Shown here: positions 26,663 to 34,557 of the stretch, one piece after another
Layout of the letters: every line of letters begins with the position of its first letter
Position numbering within the stretch: the first letter of the stretch is position 1
Assembly: GCA_002404995.1 (NCBI GenBank)
Contig: DHKY01000004.1
Location: forward strand, 122,821 to 186,820
DNA: 64,000 nt
Source: Bacillales bacterium UBA4682
GTDB lineage: Bacteria; Bacillota_I; Bacilli_A; RFN20; CAG-288
Direction: 5' to 3'
The notes under the pieces: generated by a model
The model's input: only the letters and a program-made list of their open reading frames with translations
Database searches by the model: none
What the model was told of the DNA's origin: nothing
Program-made: the position numbers and the translations under genes

Positions 26663-27346
26663 TCAGAGTCCCAAGAACCGAAGAATGCTTTCTTTCCTAG
26701 GGGTATAGTTTTCGATTGTCTCATCGACATAGGATGGTGTTTGAAAAGAGGGAAGACTGTTTTTGTCTTTTACTAGCACTATTTTTCCGGCTTTGGCCCG
26801 ATAGGCAGACAAAAGACCGGAAGCAGAGTCTTCAAAAATCACGCAGGAAAATGGCTCTAAATGGATTCGCTTGGCAGCGACTTCATAAATCTGAGGATCT
26901 GGTTTTCCTCTCTGAAAGCTTCCGTCGTCATAGACAATTGCTTCTCTTGGAAAATACTCAAATAAGGGAAATGTTTGCCTATACCAAGCCCTGTTTGTCT
27001 TTTCCGAAGATGTCGCAATTGCCCTTGGAATACGATTCTTTTTCAGCAGTTCCAGAAATTCAGTCAATCCTGGAGCAAAATGAAGAAAAGAAGGGTTATC
27101 GGAAGCAAGTTTACGATACCTGACTTCTTTTTCATTGGCAATCTCATTCCTTTTTTCCTCAGAAAGAGGGGAAGGGGAAAGATAGGAAAGAATCAGATTA
27201 TTCGGACGTCCTTGGACATTCTTGTCTAATTCCTCATCCGTCAGTTCCTTATGGAAATACTTAAGTGCAATCCTCTTCCATGCCTTGCAATGAAGAGGAG
27301 AGTCAAAGAACCTTGTTCCGTTGAAATCAAAAAGAACGCCTTTCAT
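26663..27346 (-). CDS. HAD-superfamily hydrolase (beta-phosphoglucomutase-like)
   Basis: MKGVLFDFNGT (DxDGT-like motif I), ...ATSS..., VIFEDSASGL. Confidence 0.8.
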   Translation of the reverse strand: MKGVLFDFNGTRFFDSPLHCKAWKRIALKYFHKELTDEELDKNVQGRPNNLILSYLSPSPLSEEKRNEIANEKEVRYRKLASDNPSFLHFAPGLTEFLELLKKNRIPRAIATSSEKTNRAWYRQTFPLFEYFPREAIVYDDGSFQRGKPDPQIYEVAAKRIHLEPFSCVIFEDSASGLLSAYRAKAGKIVLVKDKNSLPSFQTPSYVDETIENYTPRKESILRFLGL

Positions 27347-28311
27347 TTTTTCTCCTTCCTGTCAGGAAAACACTTGTCATAAGTGTTCTTCAGATCTTGG
27401 TAAGTGACATGGGTATAGATAGATGTCGTCCGGACTGACTCATGGCCCAAAAACTCTTGGATAACTCTTAAATCCGCACCATTATTCAAAAGCTCCGTTG
27501 CAAAAGAATGCCGAAGCCTATGAGGATGGACTTTTAAAGTGAAACCGGATTTCTCAGCAGCCGTTGAGACAAGATATTCGAGTCCTCTCTCTGTCAGCGG
27601 TTCGCCTCTTTGATTCAGGAAAAGAATTCCGGAATCCTCTTTTTTCCCAAGAAGCTGAGCACGAAGTTCAGTTTCGTATTTTTCAATTGCCGAAAGGCAA
27701 ATGGGAGAAAAAGGAACCCTGCGGTCTTTTTTTCCTTTTCCTCTGACATGGATCAGCCGTCTTTGCTTATCCCTATCGTTCCTTTTCCTGGAAATCAGCT
27801 CGCTGGCACGAAGTCCAGAGGCAAAAAGAAGCTCCAGGACTGCTTGATCTCTTAGCCTCCTTCGATCGGTACGTTTCCTATTGGAATCAAGAAAATCATT
27901 GATTTCCTTTTCCGAGAGGAACTCCGGCAGCTTCTTTGCCTTCTTTGGAGAGGAGATTGTTTCAAAAGGATTCTCCTTCCTTCCATGATAAACATGAAGA
28001 TAAAGATAAAAATGCCGAAGAGCAGACAGTTTTCTTTTGATGGACGAAGAGTCCCTGTTCTTCCTGCGCAAAGAAAGAAGATAAGTCTGGATCAGGTCTC
28101 GGTCCACTTCATCTTTTTTCTTTCCTTCATCCGAAAGGAAAAGCAGGAAACCGGCCACATCCTCGCCATAGCTCAATGCCGTTTTCTCTGAATAGCCTTT
28201 CAATCCAGTCAGATAGGAAAGAAATCCTTTGAACTCCTCATCCTTAACCTTGCTGATCCTGTTTCCGTTCTTTACCATAGTTCTACTAGTGATTGTATCA
28301 GAAAAAGACAC
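27343..28311 (-). CDS. xerC: Tyrosine recombinase XerC/CodV family
   Basis: C-terminal catalytic domain HPHRLRHSFATELLNNGADLRVIQEFLGHESVRTTSIYTHV. Sits in the conserved dprA-topA-xerC chromosomal context (chromosomal, not a phage integrase). Confidence 0.85.
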   Translation of the reverse strand: MSFSDTITSRTMVKNGNRISKVKDEEFKGFLSYLTGLKGYSEKTALSYGEDVAGFLLFLSDEGKKKDEVDRDLIQTYLLSLRRKNRDSSSIKRKLSALRHFYLYLHVYHGRKENPFETISSPKKAKKLPEFLSEKEINDFLDSNRKRTDRRRLRDQAVLELLFASGLRASELISRKRNDRDKQRRLIHVRGKGKKDRRVPFSPICLSAIEKYETELRAQLLGKKEDSGILFLNQRGEPLTERGLEYLVSTAAEKSGFTLKVHPHRLRHSFATELLNNGADLRVIQEFLGHESVRTTSIYTHVTYQDLKNTYDKCFPDRKEKK

Positions 28312-28317
28312 ACAGAG

Positions 28318-28352
28318 TAAAAAATCCCCTATCCATTCGGATAAGGGGGTTT
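28318..28352 (-). terminator. Terminator after topA
   Basis: Imperfect stem cccctatcc/ggataagggg followed by a T-run on the minus strand. Confidence 0.45.
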
Positions 28353-28353
28353 T

Positions 28354-30504
28354 CTACTTTTCTTCTTTATCGTCCTTCTGGTCTTTCGAAGGGACAATAT
28401 AACGGCACTTTGGATAGTTCGAACAGCCGATAAAGGTTTTGCCCCAGCGGCTCTTCTTTTCAATCAGATGTCCTTTATGGCAACGTGGGCAGATTGGAGC
28501 ATCAGCAGGAATCTCAACCGGTTTCTTCGGGCCCTTTTCGACAACCCGGCCTTTGCTGTCTTCCCTGTAGTCACATTCCGGATAACCAGAGCAGCCGATG
28601 AACTTTCCATAACGCCCTTTCCGATAAATCAAAGGCTTTCCGCACTTCGGGCAGACTCTTCCTTCCACGACCTTCGGTTCTTCTTTCTCTATATAAGTGC
28701 AGGCAGGATAATTCGAGCAGCCGATAAACTCTCCGTATTTTCCCTTCCGGTAGACAAGCGAGGAGCCGCACTTTGGACACACTCTTCCTTCCACAACCTT
28801 CGGTTGGAGCTTCTCCCTGTTCTGCTTAGCAGCATCGAAATACTTCGTGAATTCGGACCAGAAATCGGAAAGAAGCTTCAGACGATCGGTTTTGCCATCG
28901 GCAATATTATCCAAGGACGTTTCCCTGTTCGCAGTATAACTGACATCCCTGTACTTGGGGAAGTTATGAACCAGGGCATCTACTGTGATATCGCCCTGTT
29001 CTGTCGGAGTCAAAGAGCCTTTGACAGACTTGACATACTCGCGCTCAATCAAGGTTGAAATTGTCTTGGCGTAAGTAGAAGGACGTCCGATTCCGTTCTC
29101 CTGCCTAAGCTTAACGATTTTACCTTCGTTGTAACGGCTGGGAGCCTTAGTGAAGTGCTGTTCCTTATCCATCTTAGCCACAGTGAAAAGGTCGCCTTCT
29201 TTGATGGTATTGGGAATCTTGCTTTCCTTTTTCTTTTCTTCTTCAGTCTCTTCGTTATAGATTCTGGTATAGCCGTCAAAGAGAGTCTTAGTGTTACTGC
29301 AATTGAACCCGTATCCATCGCCTTCTAAGACAAGCGTAGTAAGAGCATCGACTTTCGGTGCCCTTAAAGAAGCAACAGCACGGTTATAAATCCTCAGATA
29401 GAGCTTATATTCATCCTCGGTAAGATAAGCATGCCTCTGCCCCGGGGTCAAGGAAAGATCTGTCGGACGGATTGCTTCATGGGCATCCTGGACGTTTTTG
29501 CTCGACTTCTGGACATGGCCACGGCCAAGATATTCCTTTCCGTAGTTTTTCTCAATCCTGTCATGGGCAGAATCAATGAATTCATCGGCAAGACGGATAG
29601 AATCGGTACGCATATAAGTGATAAGACCGGTTGCCTGTCCCTTGATTTCGACGCCTTCATAAAGATGCTGGGCAATAGACTGGGTATGATTGGCTGAGAA
29701 GTGGTAGCGGGTAAAAGCTTCCTGCTGCCTCGTAGAAGTGATAAAAGGAGGGCGGGGTTCTTTCTTGACATTGCTTGTCTTCAGGGAAGCGGCGGTATAG
29801 TCCTTTGGCAAGGAAGCAAGGATTTTCTTCACCTCTTCTTCGTTTTTGATTGATAAAGGCTTTCCCTGATAAGTAGCAAGGTTTGCCACGACCTCAGCAT
29901 CATCCTTGTCCTTAAAGGTTCCGGAAATCGTCCAGTATTCCTGCGGGACAAAATCCTTGATTTCCTTTTCCCGGTCAACCACAAACTTCAAGACGACCGA
30001 TTGGACACGGCCTCCGGAAGGAGATTTGATTTTCTTCTGTAAAAGATAGGATAAGCGGAATCCCCTGATTCGATCGATAATACGACGGGTTTCCTGGCTT
30101 TCCACAAGAGGCCTATCAATAGTACGGGGGTTCTGAAGCGCACGGAGAATAGCAGGTTTGGTGATTTCATGGAACTCCAACCGCTTTGTTGTCTTCACGT
30201 CAAGTCCGAGAACCTGGGCAAGATGCCAGGAAATGGCTTCTCCTTCACGGTCAGGGTCGGTTGCAAGATAAACATCGTCGGCCTTCTTGACATCTTCCTT
30301 GAGCTCCTTGACGATTGCCATCTTATCGCTCGGAATAACGTAGGTCGGCTTGAAATCGTGTTCGACATCAACGCCTAAGCCCCTATGTCCAGAGCTGGCT
30401 AAATCACGGATATGGCCTTTGGAGGCAACGACTTTATAGTCTTTCCCCAGGAACTGTCCGATTGTTTTGCTCTTATGCGGTGACTCAACAATTATTAATT
30501 TCAT
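28354..30504 (-). CDS. topA: DNA topoisomerase I with C-terminal zinc-ribbon repeats
   Basis: MKLIIVESPHKSKTIG..., TOPRIM, catalytic YxRTDS region, three CPKCG/CxxC ribbons. Start at 30504. Confidence 0.95.
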   Translation of the reverse strand: MKLIIVESPHKSKTIGQFLGKDYKVVASKGHIRDLASSGHRGLGVDVEHDFKPTYVIPSDKMAIVKELKEDVKKADDVYLATDPDREGEAISWHLAQVLGLDVKTTKRLEFHEITKPAILRALQNPRTIDRPLVESQETRRIIDRIRGFRLSYLLQKKIKSPSGGRVQSVVLKFVVDREKEIKDFVPQEYWTISGTFKDKDDAEVVANLATYQGKPLSIKNEEEVKKILASLPKDYTAASLKTSNVKKEPRPPFITSTRQQEAFTRYHFSANHTQSIAQHLYEGVEIKGQATGLITYMRTDSIRLADEFIDSAHDRIEKNYGKEYLGRGHVQKSSKNVQDAHEAIRPTDLSLTPGQRHAYLTEDEYKLYLRIYNRAVASLRAPKVDALTTLVLEGDGYGFNCSNTKTLFDGYTRIYNEETEEEKKKESKIPNTIKEGDLFTVAKMDKEQHFTKAPSRYNEGKIVKLRQENGIGRPSTYAKTISTLIEREYVKSVKGSLTPTEQGDITVDALVHNFPKYRDVSYTANRETSLDNIADGKTDRLKLLSDFWSEFTKYFDAAKQNREKLQPKVVEGRVCPKCGSSLVYRKGKYGEFIGCSNYPACTYIEKEEPKVVEGRVCPKCGKPLIYRKGRYGKFIGCSGYPECDYREDSKGRVVEKGPKKPVEIPADAPICPRCHKGHLIEKKSRWGKTFIGCSNYPKCRYIVPSKDQKDDKEEK

Positions 30505-30604
30505 ATTCTGATTTCTACCCCTGCTTTCAATGCGTTCCTTATTATTATGAGAGAAGGGGTGTTTGTCAAGCACGGATTTTCCCTTAGCTATGCTAAGAAA
30601 TTTT

Positions 30605-31417
30605 CTATTCCCTCTCCTTACGATAGCAGTCTTTGAGCTGATCTAAGATATCCTGACTTCTCAGTACTGCCTGTGCCCCTTCCTGGATAATGGTGTTGGT
30701 CAAATCATCCCCAGAGATATTGCACGGCAGTGCCCTAACCTCCTTATTCCTATCCAAAGCATAACGGACCGTTGCCTTGGTTCCAGAACGTCTGGCGGAA
30801 CCCCCGCCGATAAAAACCACCTCACTCCTTGCCGCCATCAGCCGGTTGCGGAAAAGAAAGTTATCCTGTTTCGGAGCAAGGCTGCCTGGGTATTCGCTGA
30901 TCACAAGTCCTTTTCCGCTTTTACAGTATTCGTAAATATCCTTGTTCTTCTCTGGATAGCAAAAATCGATTCCAGACCCTAGTACAGCAATGACCGGAGC
31001 ATTCTTTTTCCTTGCAGCACGCCTAAAGGCTTCATCAAGTCCTGCTGCCCTTCCGGAAACAATCGCGACCTTGCTTTTCCTGACCTCCTCGATTTCCTCA
31101 ATGAGCCGGGCACAGGTATCATGCTGATAGATTGTCGGCTTCCGGGTTCCAACACAGGTCAGACGATAACGAGTCTTCCTCAAAGAAAGATCCCCATAGT
31201 AATACCTCACCCTAGGAGGATACGGACAATTCGTAAAATATTCCGGGTACTCGCAGTCTCCGATCATCAGCCTATTTGCTTTCCTGTCAGAAAAAGCCTG
31301 GTCGATTTCCTCCTGAGGCCTTGCCTCTTTTTTCGTCCTTTTCTGATACCTCTCGTTCCAATTCCCTTTGCAGTGCTTTGAAAGAGCAGTCCTGATTTTT
31401 CTAGCTCGTAGATCCAT
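30605..31417 (-). CDS. dprA: DNA processing protein DprA/Smf
   Basis: ...VAIVSGRAAGLDEAFRRAA...APVIAVLGSGIDFCYPEKN...FLFRNRLMAA... Confidence 0.88.
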   Translation of the reverse strand: MDLRARKIRTALSKHCKGNWNERYQKRTKKEARPQEEIDQAFSDRKANRLMIGDCEYPEYFTNCPYPPRVRYYYGDLSLRKTRYRLTCVGTRKPTIYQHDTCARLIEEIEEVRKSKVAIVSGRAAGLDEAFRRAARKKNAPVIAVLGSGIDFCYPEKNKDIYEYCKSGKGLVISEYPGSLAPKQDNFLFRNRLMAARSEVVFIGGGSARRSGTKATVRYALDRNKEVRALPCNISGDDLTNTIIQEGAQAVLRSQDILDQLKDCYRKERE

Positions 31418-31470
31418 TTTTTCTCTCCTCTACCTTATATCGGCAGGGAAAGAGGAAAAATTCCAGAAAA

Positions 31471-32151
31471 TCAGAAAAGCTTCAATTGTTCGATACCTAA
31501 GAACCTGTCTTTGACCGGTTCAAACGAAAGACGATGAACGCCTTTGATATATCCGTAGTCTTCTATCGCCTTCAGATGCTGCTTAGTTCCATAACCCTTG
31601 TTCTTCTTGAACTGATAGAGCGGATATCGCTTATCAAGTTCAATCCTGTAATCATCACGGGTAACCTTAGCTAGAATCGAAGCAGCTGCCACATTCAAAG
31701 AGGTGGCATCTCCTTTTGGAATAGAAAGAAAAGGAATCTCAGTAGGAAGGTTCCTATAATCCGTAATCAGGAAATCCGGGACAATGATCTTTGAGATTTC
31801 CTTCAGGCACTCCCTCCTTCCATAACGGTCTGCTTCTAAGATATTCCTCTCATCAATTGTCTCGACCGGAATCAGTTTGACACAATAGCAGAGCGCTTTT
31901 TCCTTGATGATCTTATAAGCTTCCCGTCTCTGCTTATCCGTCAGTTTCTTGCTATCGTTAATCAGAGGACAATCAAAATCCTTTGGCAGAATAACACCCG
32001 CACAGCTCAATGGTCCGGCAAGAGGACCTCTGCCGGCTTCATCAAATCCGGCAATGTTTTCTGCCTGATGAATCCTTCTCTCCTGATTGTCAAAGACATG
32101 AAGAGGCGTCTCCCTATTATCTAGGACAGGCATGGCTTTCTTTCTAGTCAT
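31471..32151 (-). CDS. rnhB: Ribonuclease HII
   Basis: GFDEAGRGPLAGPL..., ...DDSKKL..., RNase H fold motifs. Confidence 0.9.
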   Translation of the reverse strand: MTRKKAMPVLDNRETPLHVFDNQERRIHQAENIAGFDEAGRGPLAGPLSCAGVILPKDFDCPLINDSKKLTDKQRREAYKIIKEKALCYCVKLIPVETIDERNILEADRYGRRECLKEISKIIVPDFLITDYRNLPTEIPFLSIPKGDATSLNVAAASILAKVTRDDYRIELDKRYPLYQFKKNKGYGTKQHLKAIEDYGYIKGVHRLSFEPVKDRFLGIEQLKLF

Positions 32152-32992
32152 CGAGAGACCTTCTTCCTAAAGTACCGACTTTGAATTCACTGAGAACCAG
32201 ACTTCTTGCCTTCCTCGTATCCGGTTCGCCTTTTAACAAAAGGAGTTTCCGTGCCAAGGCAATCTTGGTAAAAGTCTCCTCATGGGTTTCTTCAAAACTA
32301 ACGCCATAACGTTTCCTCAAGGCATCCGGATAATGGGACGAAAGAAAATCAAGAAGATAGTCACTTAAGGGGACAAGAGGAAGAATGTCCTGCTTCAAAG
32401 ATCCCAATAAAGCCAGCTTAGCCACGACTTCTTTATTCTGATAGTTTGGCTCGAGAATACCCGGAGAGTCAAAAATATAGACTTTTTCGGAGACATGGAT
32501 CAGGCTTTCATCTCTGGTCTTGCCTGGACGATTCTCAACCGCAGCTTTCTTCTTTCCAGCCAAAGAATTGATAAAGGTCGACTTACCGACATTTGGAATG
32601 CCTAAGACCCTGAATCGTTTGCTAGGAAGAGGGAAGCCGAGCTTCTTGTACTTCTTGTCATTTTTTGTCTCAACCTTTGAAAGATACCCGAGGAGTTCTT
32701 TCCCCGCTTTCGGGTTACGAAGATCATATGAGAATGGAGTAATCCCATTCTTTCTCCTCTGGTCCCTCTGCTTAGGAAAAACTGAAGGATCCGCAATGTC
32801 GGATTTTGAGAAGATATAAACCTTGACTTTGTCTGCAGTCCTCTGGTCCAGATAATCCGGAAAGGAGGAAAAAGGGGCTCTGGCATCGCCAATTTCGATG
32901 ACTCCATCACAAAGCTGAAGCTTCTCCCGCCTTGCTCGAAGAGCCTTTTGCCTATGCCCCGGAAACCAATGAATGTCGTTGATACTTGCCAT
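32144..32992 (-). CDS. rbgA: Ribosome biogenesis GTPase A (YlqF/RbgA), circularly permuted GTPase
   Basis: MASINDIHWFPGH..., G4-G1 order: IFSKSD...GIPNVGKSTFINSL...DSPG. Start at 32992. Confidence 0.9.
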   Translation of the reverse strand: MASINDIHWFPGHRQKALRARREKLQLCDGVIEIGDARAPFSSFPDYLDQRTADKVKVYIFSKSDIADPSVFPKQRDQRRKNGITPFSYDLRNPKAGKELLGYLSKVETKNDKKYKKLGFPLPSKRFRVLGIPNVGKSTFINSLAGKKKAAVENRPGKTRDESLIHVSEKVYIFDSPGILEPNYQNKEVVAKLALLGSLKQDILPLVPLSDYLLDFLSSHYPDALRKRYGVSFEETHEETFTKIALARKLLLLKGEPDTRKARSLVLSEFKVGTLGRRSLDD

Positions 32993-33143
32993 AACACAAT
33001 TTACCTGCAATTATTATACGCAAAAGCGATAAAACTTGTATTTTTTCACTTTACTTATAGAATTAATATGTTAAACTAAGACAGAAGGAAAAACCTTGTT
33101 TCACCATAAACAAGGCAAGGACCGAAAAGAGAGGGTTAGTAAA

Positions 33144-33446
33144 ATGAAGTTAAAAGAAAATCTCCGTTATCTCCGCAAACGTGCTGGAAGGACTCAGGAA
33201 CAGCTCGGAAAAAAGAGGCATGTCCATCAGTACAACATCTCCGACTATGAAATTGGACGTATCGAACCGAATATCAAGACTCTGAGGAAATACTCCGAAA
33301 TCTTCGATGTTTCCATCGATTATATCGTCGGAAACAAGCCGCATCGCAATAAGCTTCGCGGTGATGGAGTCGCTAAAGAAATCCCTGCAGCTGTTGTTCT
33401 CCCTGAAGACGAAGCAGCTGAAAAAGAATCCAAAGAAGAGAAGTAG
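33144..33446 (+). CDS. XRE-family helix-turn-helix transcriptional regulator
   Basis: MKLKENLRYLRKRAGRTQEQLGKK...DYEIGRIEPNIKTLRKYSEIFDVSIDYIV. GAGGG SD. Confidence 0.8.
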   Translation: MKLKENLRYLRKRAGRTQEQLGKKRHVHQYNISDYEIGRIEPNIKTLRKYSEIFDVSIDYIVGNKPHRNKLRGDGVAKEIPAAVVLPEDEAAEKESKEEK

Positions 33447-33489
33447 AAATACTTTTCCTGCTAGGATTACAAGCACAACAGAATATGAA

Positions 33490-33525
33490 AAGGCAGCCTA
33501 AAAAAGGTTGCCTTTTTTCTTTCTT
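33490..33525. terminator. Terminator (shared by the convergent genes)
   Basis: aaaaggcagcc-taaaaaa-ggttgccttttttcttt. Confidence 0.5.
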
Positions 33526-33674
33526 AAACGTTTACCCTCATTTTAGTAATGGCTAGAATACTTTGTATACATCTCAAAACTCAGTTCTTTTTAGGAAGCA
33601 AAGAAATCAAGGCACATAAAAAAGCACAGTCACAACCTAGCATTTTGAAAATGTAATTTTAGATTAGTAAGCGA

Positions 33675-34178
33675 CTACTCCCTCTTCCTATATTCTTTCA
33701 AGTAGTTCCTGGCTTGGTTTTGATTCCAATCAAGAGCGGCTGCCCTCTCATCAGAAAGCAGATTCAGAATGTGGTCCAATAAAACCCGGTCAAAGTCCGA
33801 AAAACTCTTCTTCTTGCTCTTTCTTTCTTCTCGATAGAGAAGAAGACTCTTCCCCGCACGAAGAAGCTCAACCGGGCTTTTTGAGTGGAGAACTCTTTCA
33901 AAATACATTTTCCGCTCCCGCGGAGTGCCGAAGCAGATTGTCTCCATCTCTGAATAAGATTTCCTAAGATTCTCGGCTTCTTCCTTGGTCCTGATATTCC
34001 GGATCAATTCATTTGCGTTTTCACTTGGAACATAGGAACGATAACAGCTGTCGCTTTCAAAGCAAGGCCGAAGAGAAAGATAACGTCCCCTTCCAGAACC
34101 GAAGTCTTTATCAAGAACCGACTCCACAACAAAAACCTTTCCGTTCTGATCAACTACCTTTTGTCCAATTGTAAACAT
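33675..34178 (-). CDS. CarD/CdnL/TRCF-RID-like small protein (putative RNAP-interacting regulator)
   Basis: MFTIGQKVVDQNGKVFVVESV... resembles the CarD_TRCF N-terminal domain. GGAGG SD. Start at 34178. Confidence 0.55.
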   Translation of the reverse strand: MFTIGQKVVDQNGKVFVVESVLDKDFGSGRGRYLSLRPCFESDSCYRSYVPSENANELIRNIRTKEEAENLRKSYSEMETICFGTPRERKMYFERVLHSKSPVELLRAGKSLLLYREERKSKKKSFSDFDRVLLDHILNLLSDERAAALDWNQNQARNYLKEYRKRE

Positions 34179-34325
34179 CCGTTTCCTCCTTGCTCTGCTA
34201 TTTGCAGAGGGTGAATTCACGGTCGAAAGACGATGCGAATAGAGATTTGCATTCTTCCTGGAATCAGTAATATTTTATCATTATTGGAAAAATATCGTAA
34301 GCATTCACTAACGTTAAGCAAAAAG

Positions 34326-34349
34326 AAAAACACGGCTTACGCCGTGTTT
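34326..34349 (-). terminator. Terminator 3' of tRNA-Ser
   Basis: aaacacggc-ttac-gccgtgttt with a T-run on the minus strand. Confidence 0.6.
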
Positions 34350-34353
34350 AGAA

Positions 34354-34443
34354 TGGCGGAGTGAGAGAGATTTGAACTCTCGCAGGGATTACTCCCTCTA
34401 AGTCCTTAGCAGGGACTCCTCTTAACCACTTGAGTATCACTCC
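34354..34443 (-). tRNA. tRNA-Ser (anticodon GCU), CCA encoded
   Basis: Minus strand GGAGTGATACTCAAGTGGTTAAGAGGAGTCCCTGCTAAGGACT...long variable arm...GGTTCAAATCTCTCTCACTCCGCCA. Anticodon loop CTGCTAA. Confidence 0.9.
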
Positions 34444-34557
34444 AATAGGTGCTAGATAATTATCCGATTTTCCTTAAGGATAGTCAAGGAAAAGGACAAA
34501 AAAGTTCTGCCTGCCAGTTTTAGCTGGCAGGCAGAGCATAAAATCAAATCGAAGAGA

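Noticed and set aside
27343-28311. Tyrosine recombinase as possible phage/ICE integrase
   Set aside because: Sits in the conserved chromosomal dprA-topA-xerC context with no flanking repeats or phage genes. Called XerC/CodV.
28468-29058. 196-aa plus-strand ORF
   Set aside because: Antisense to topA.
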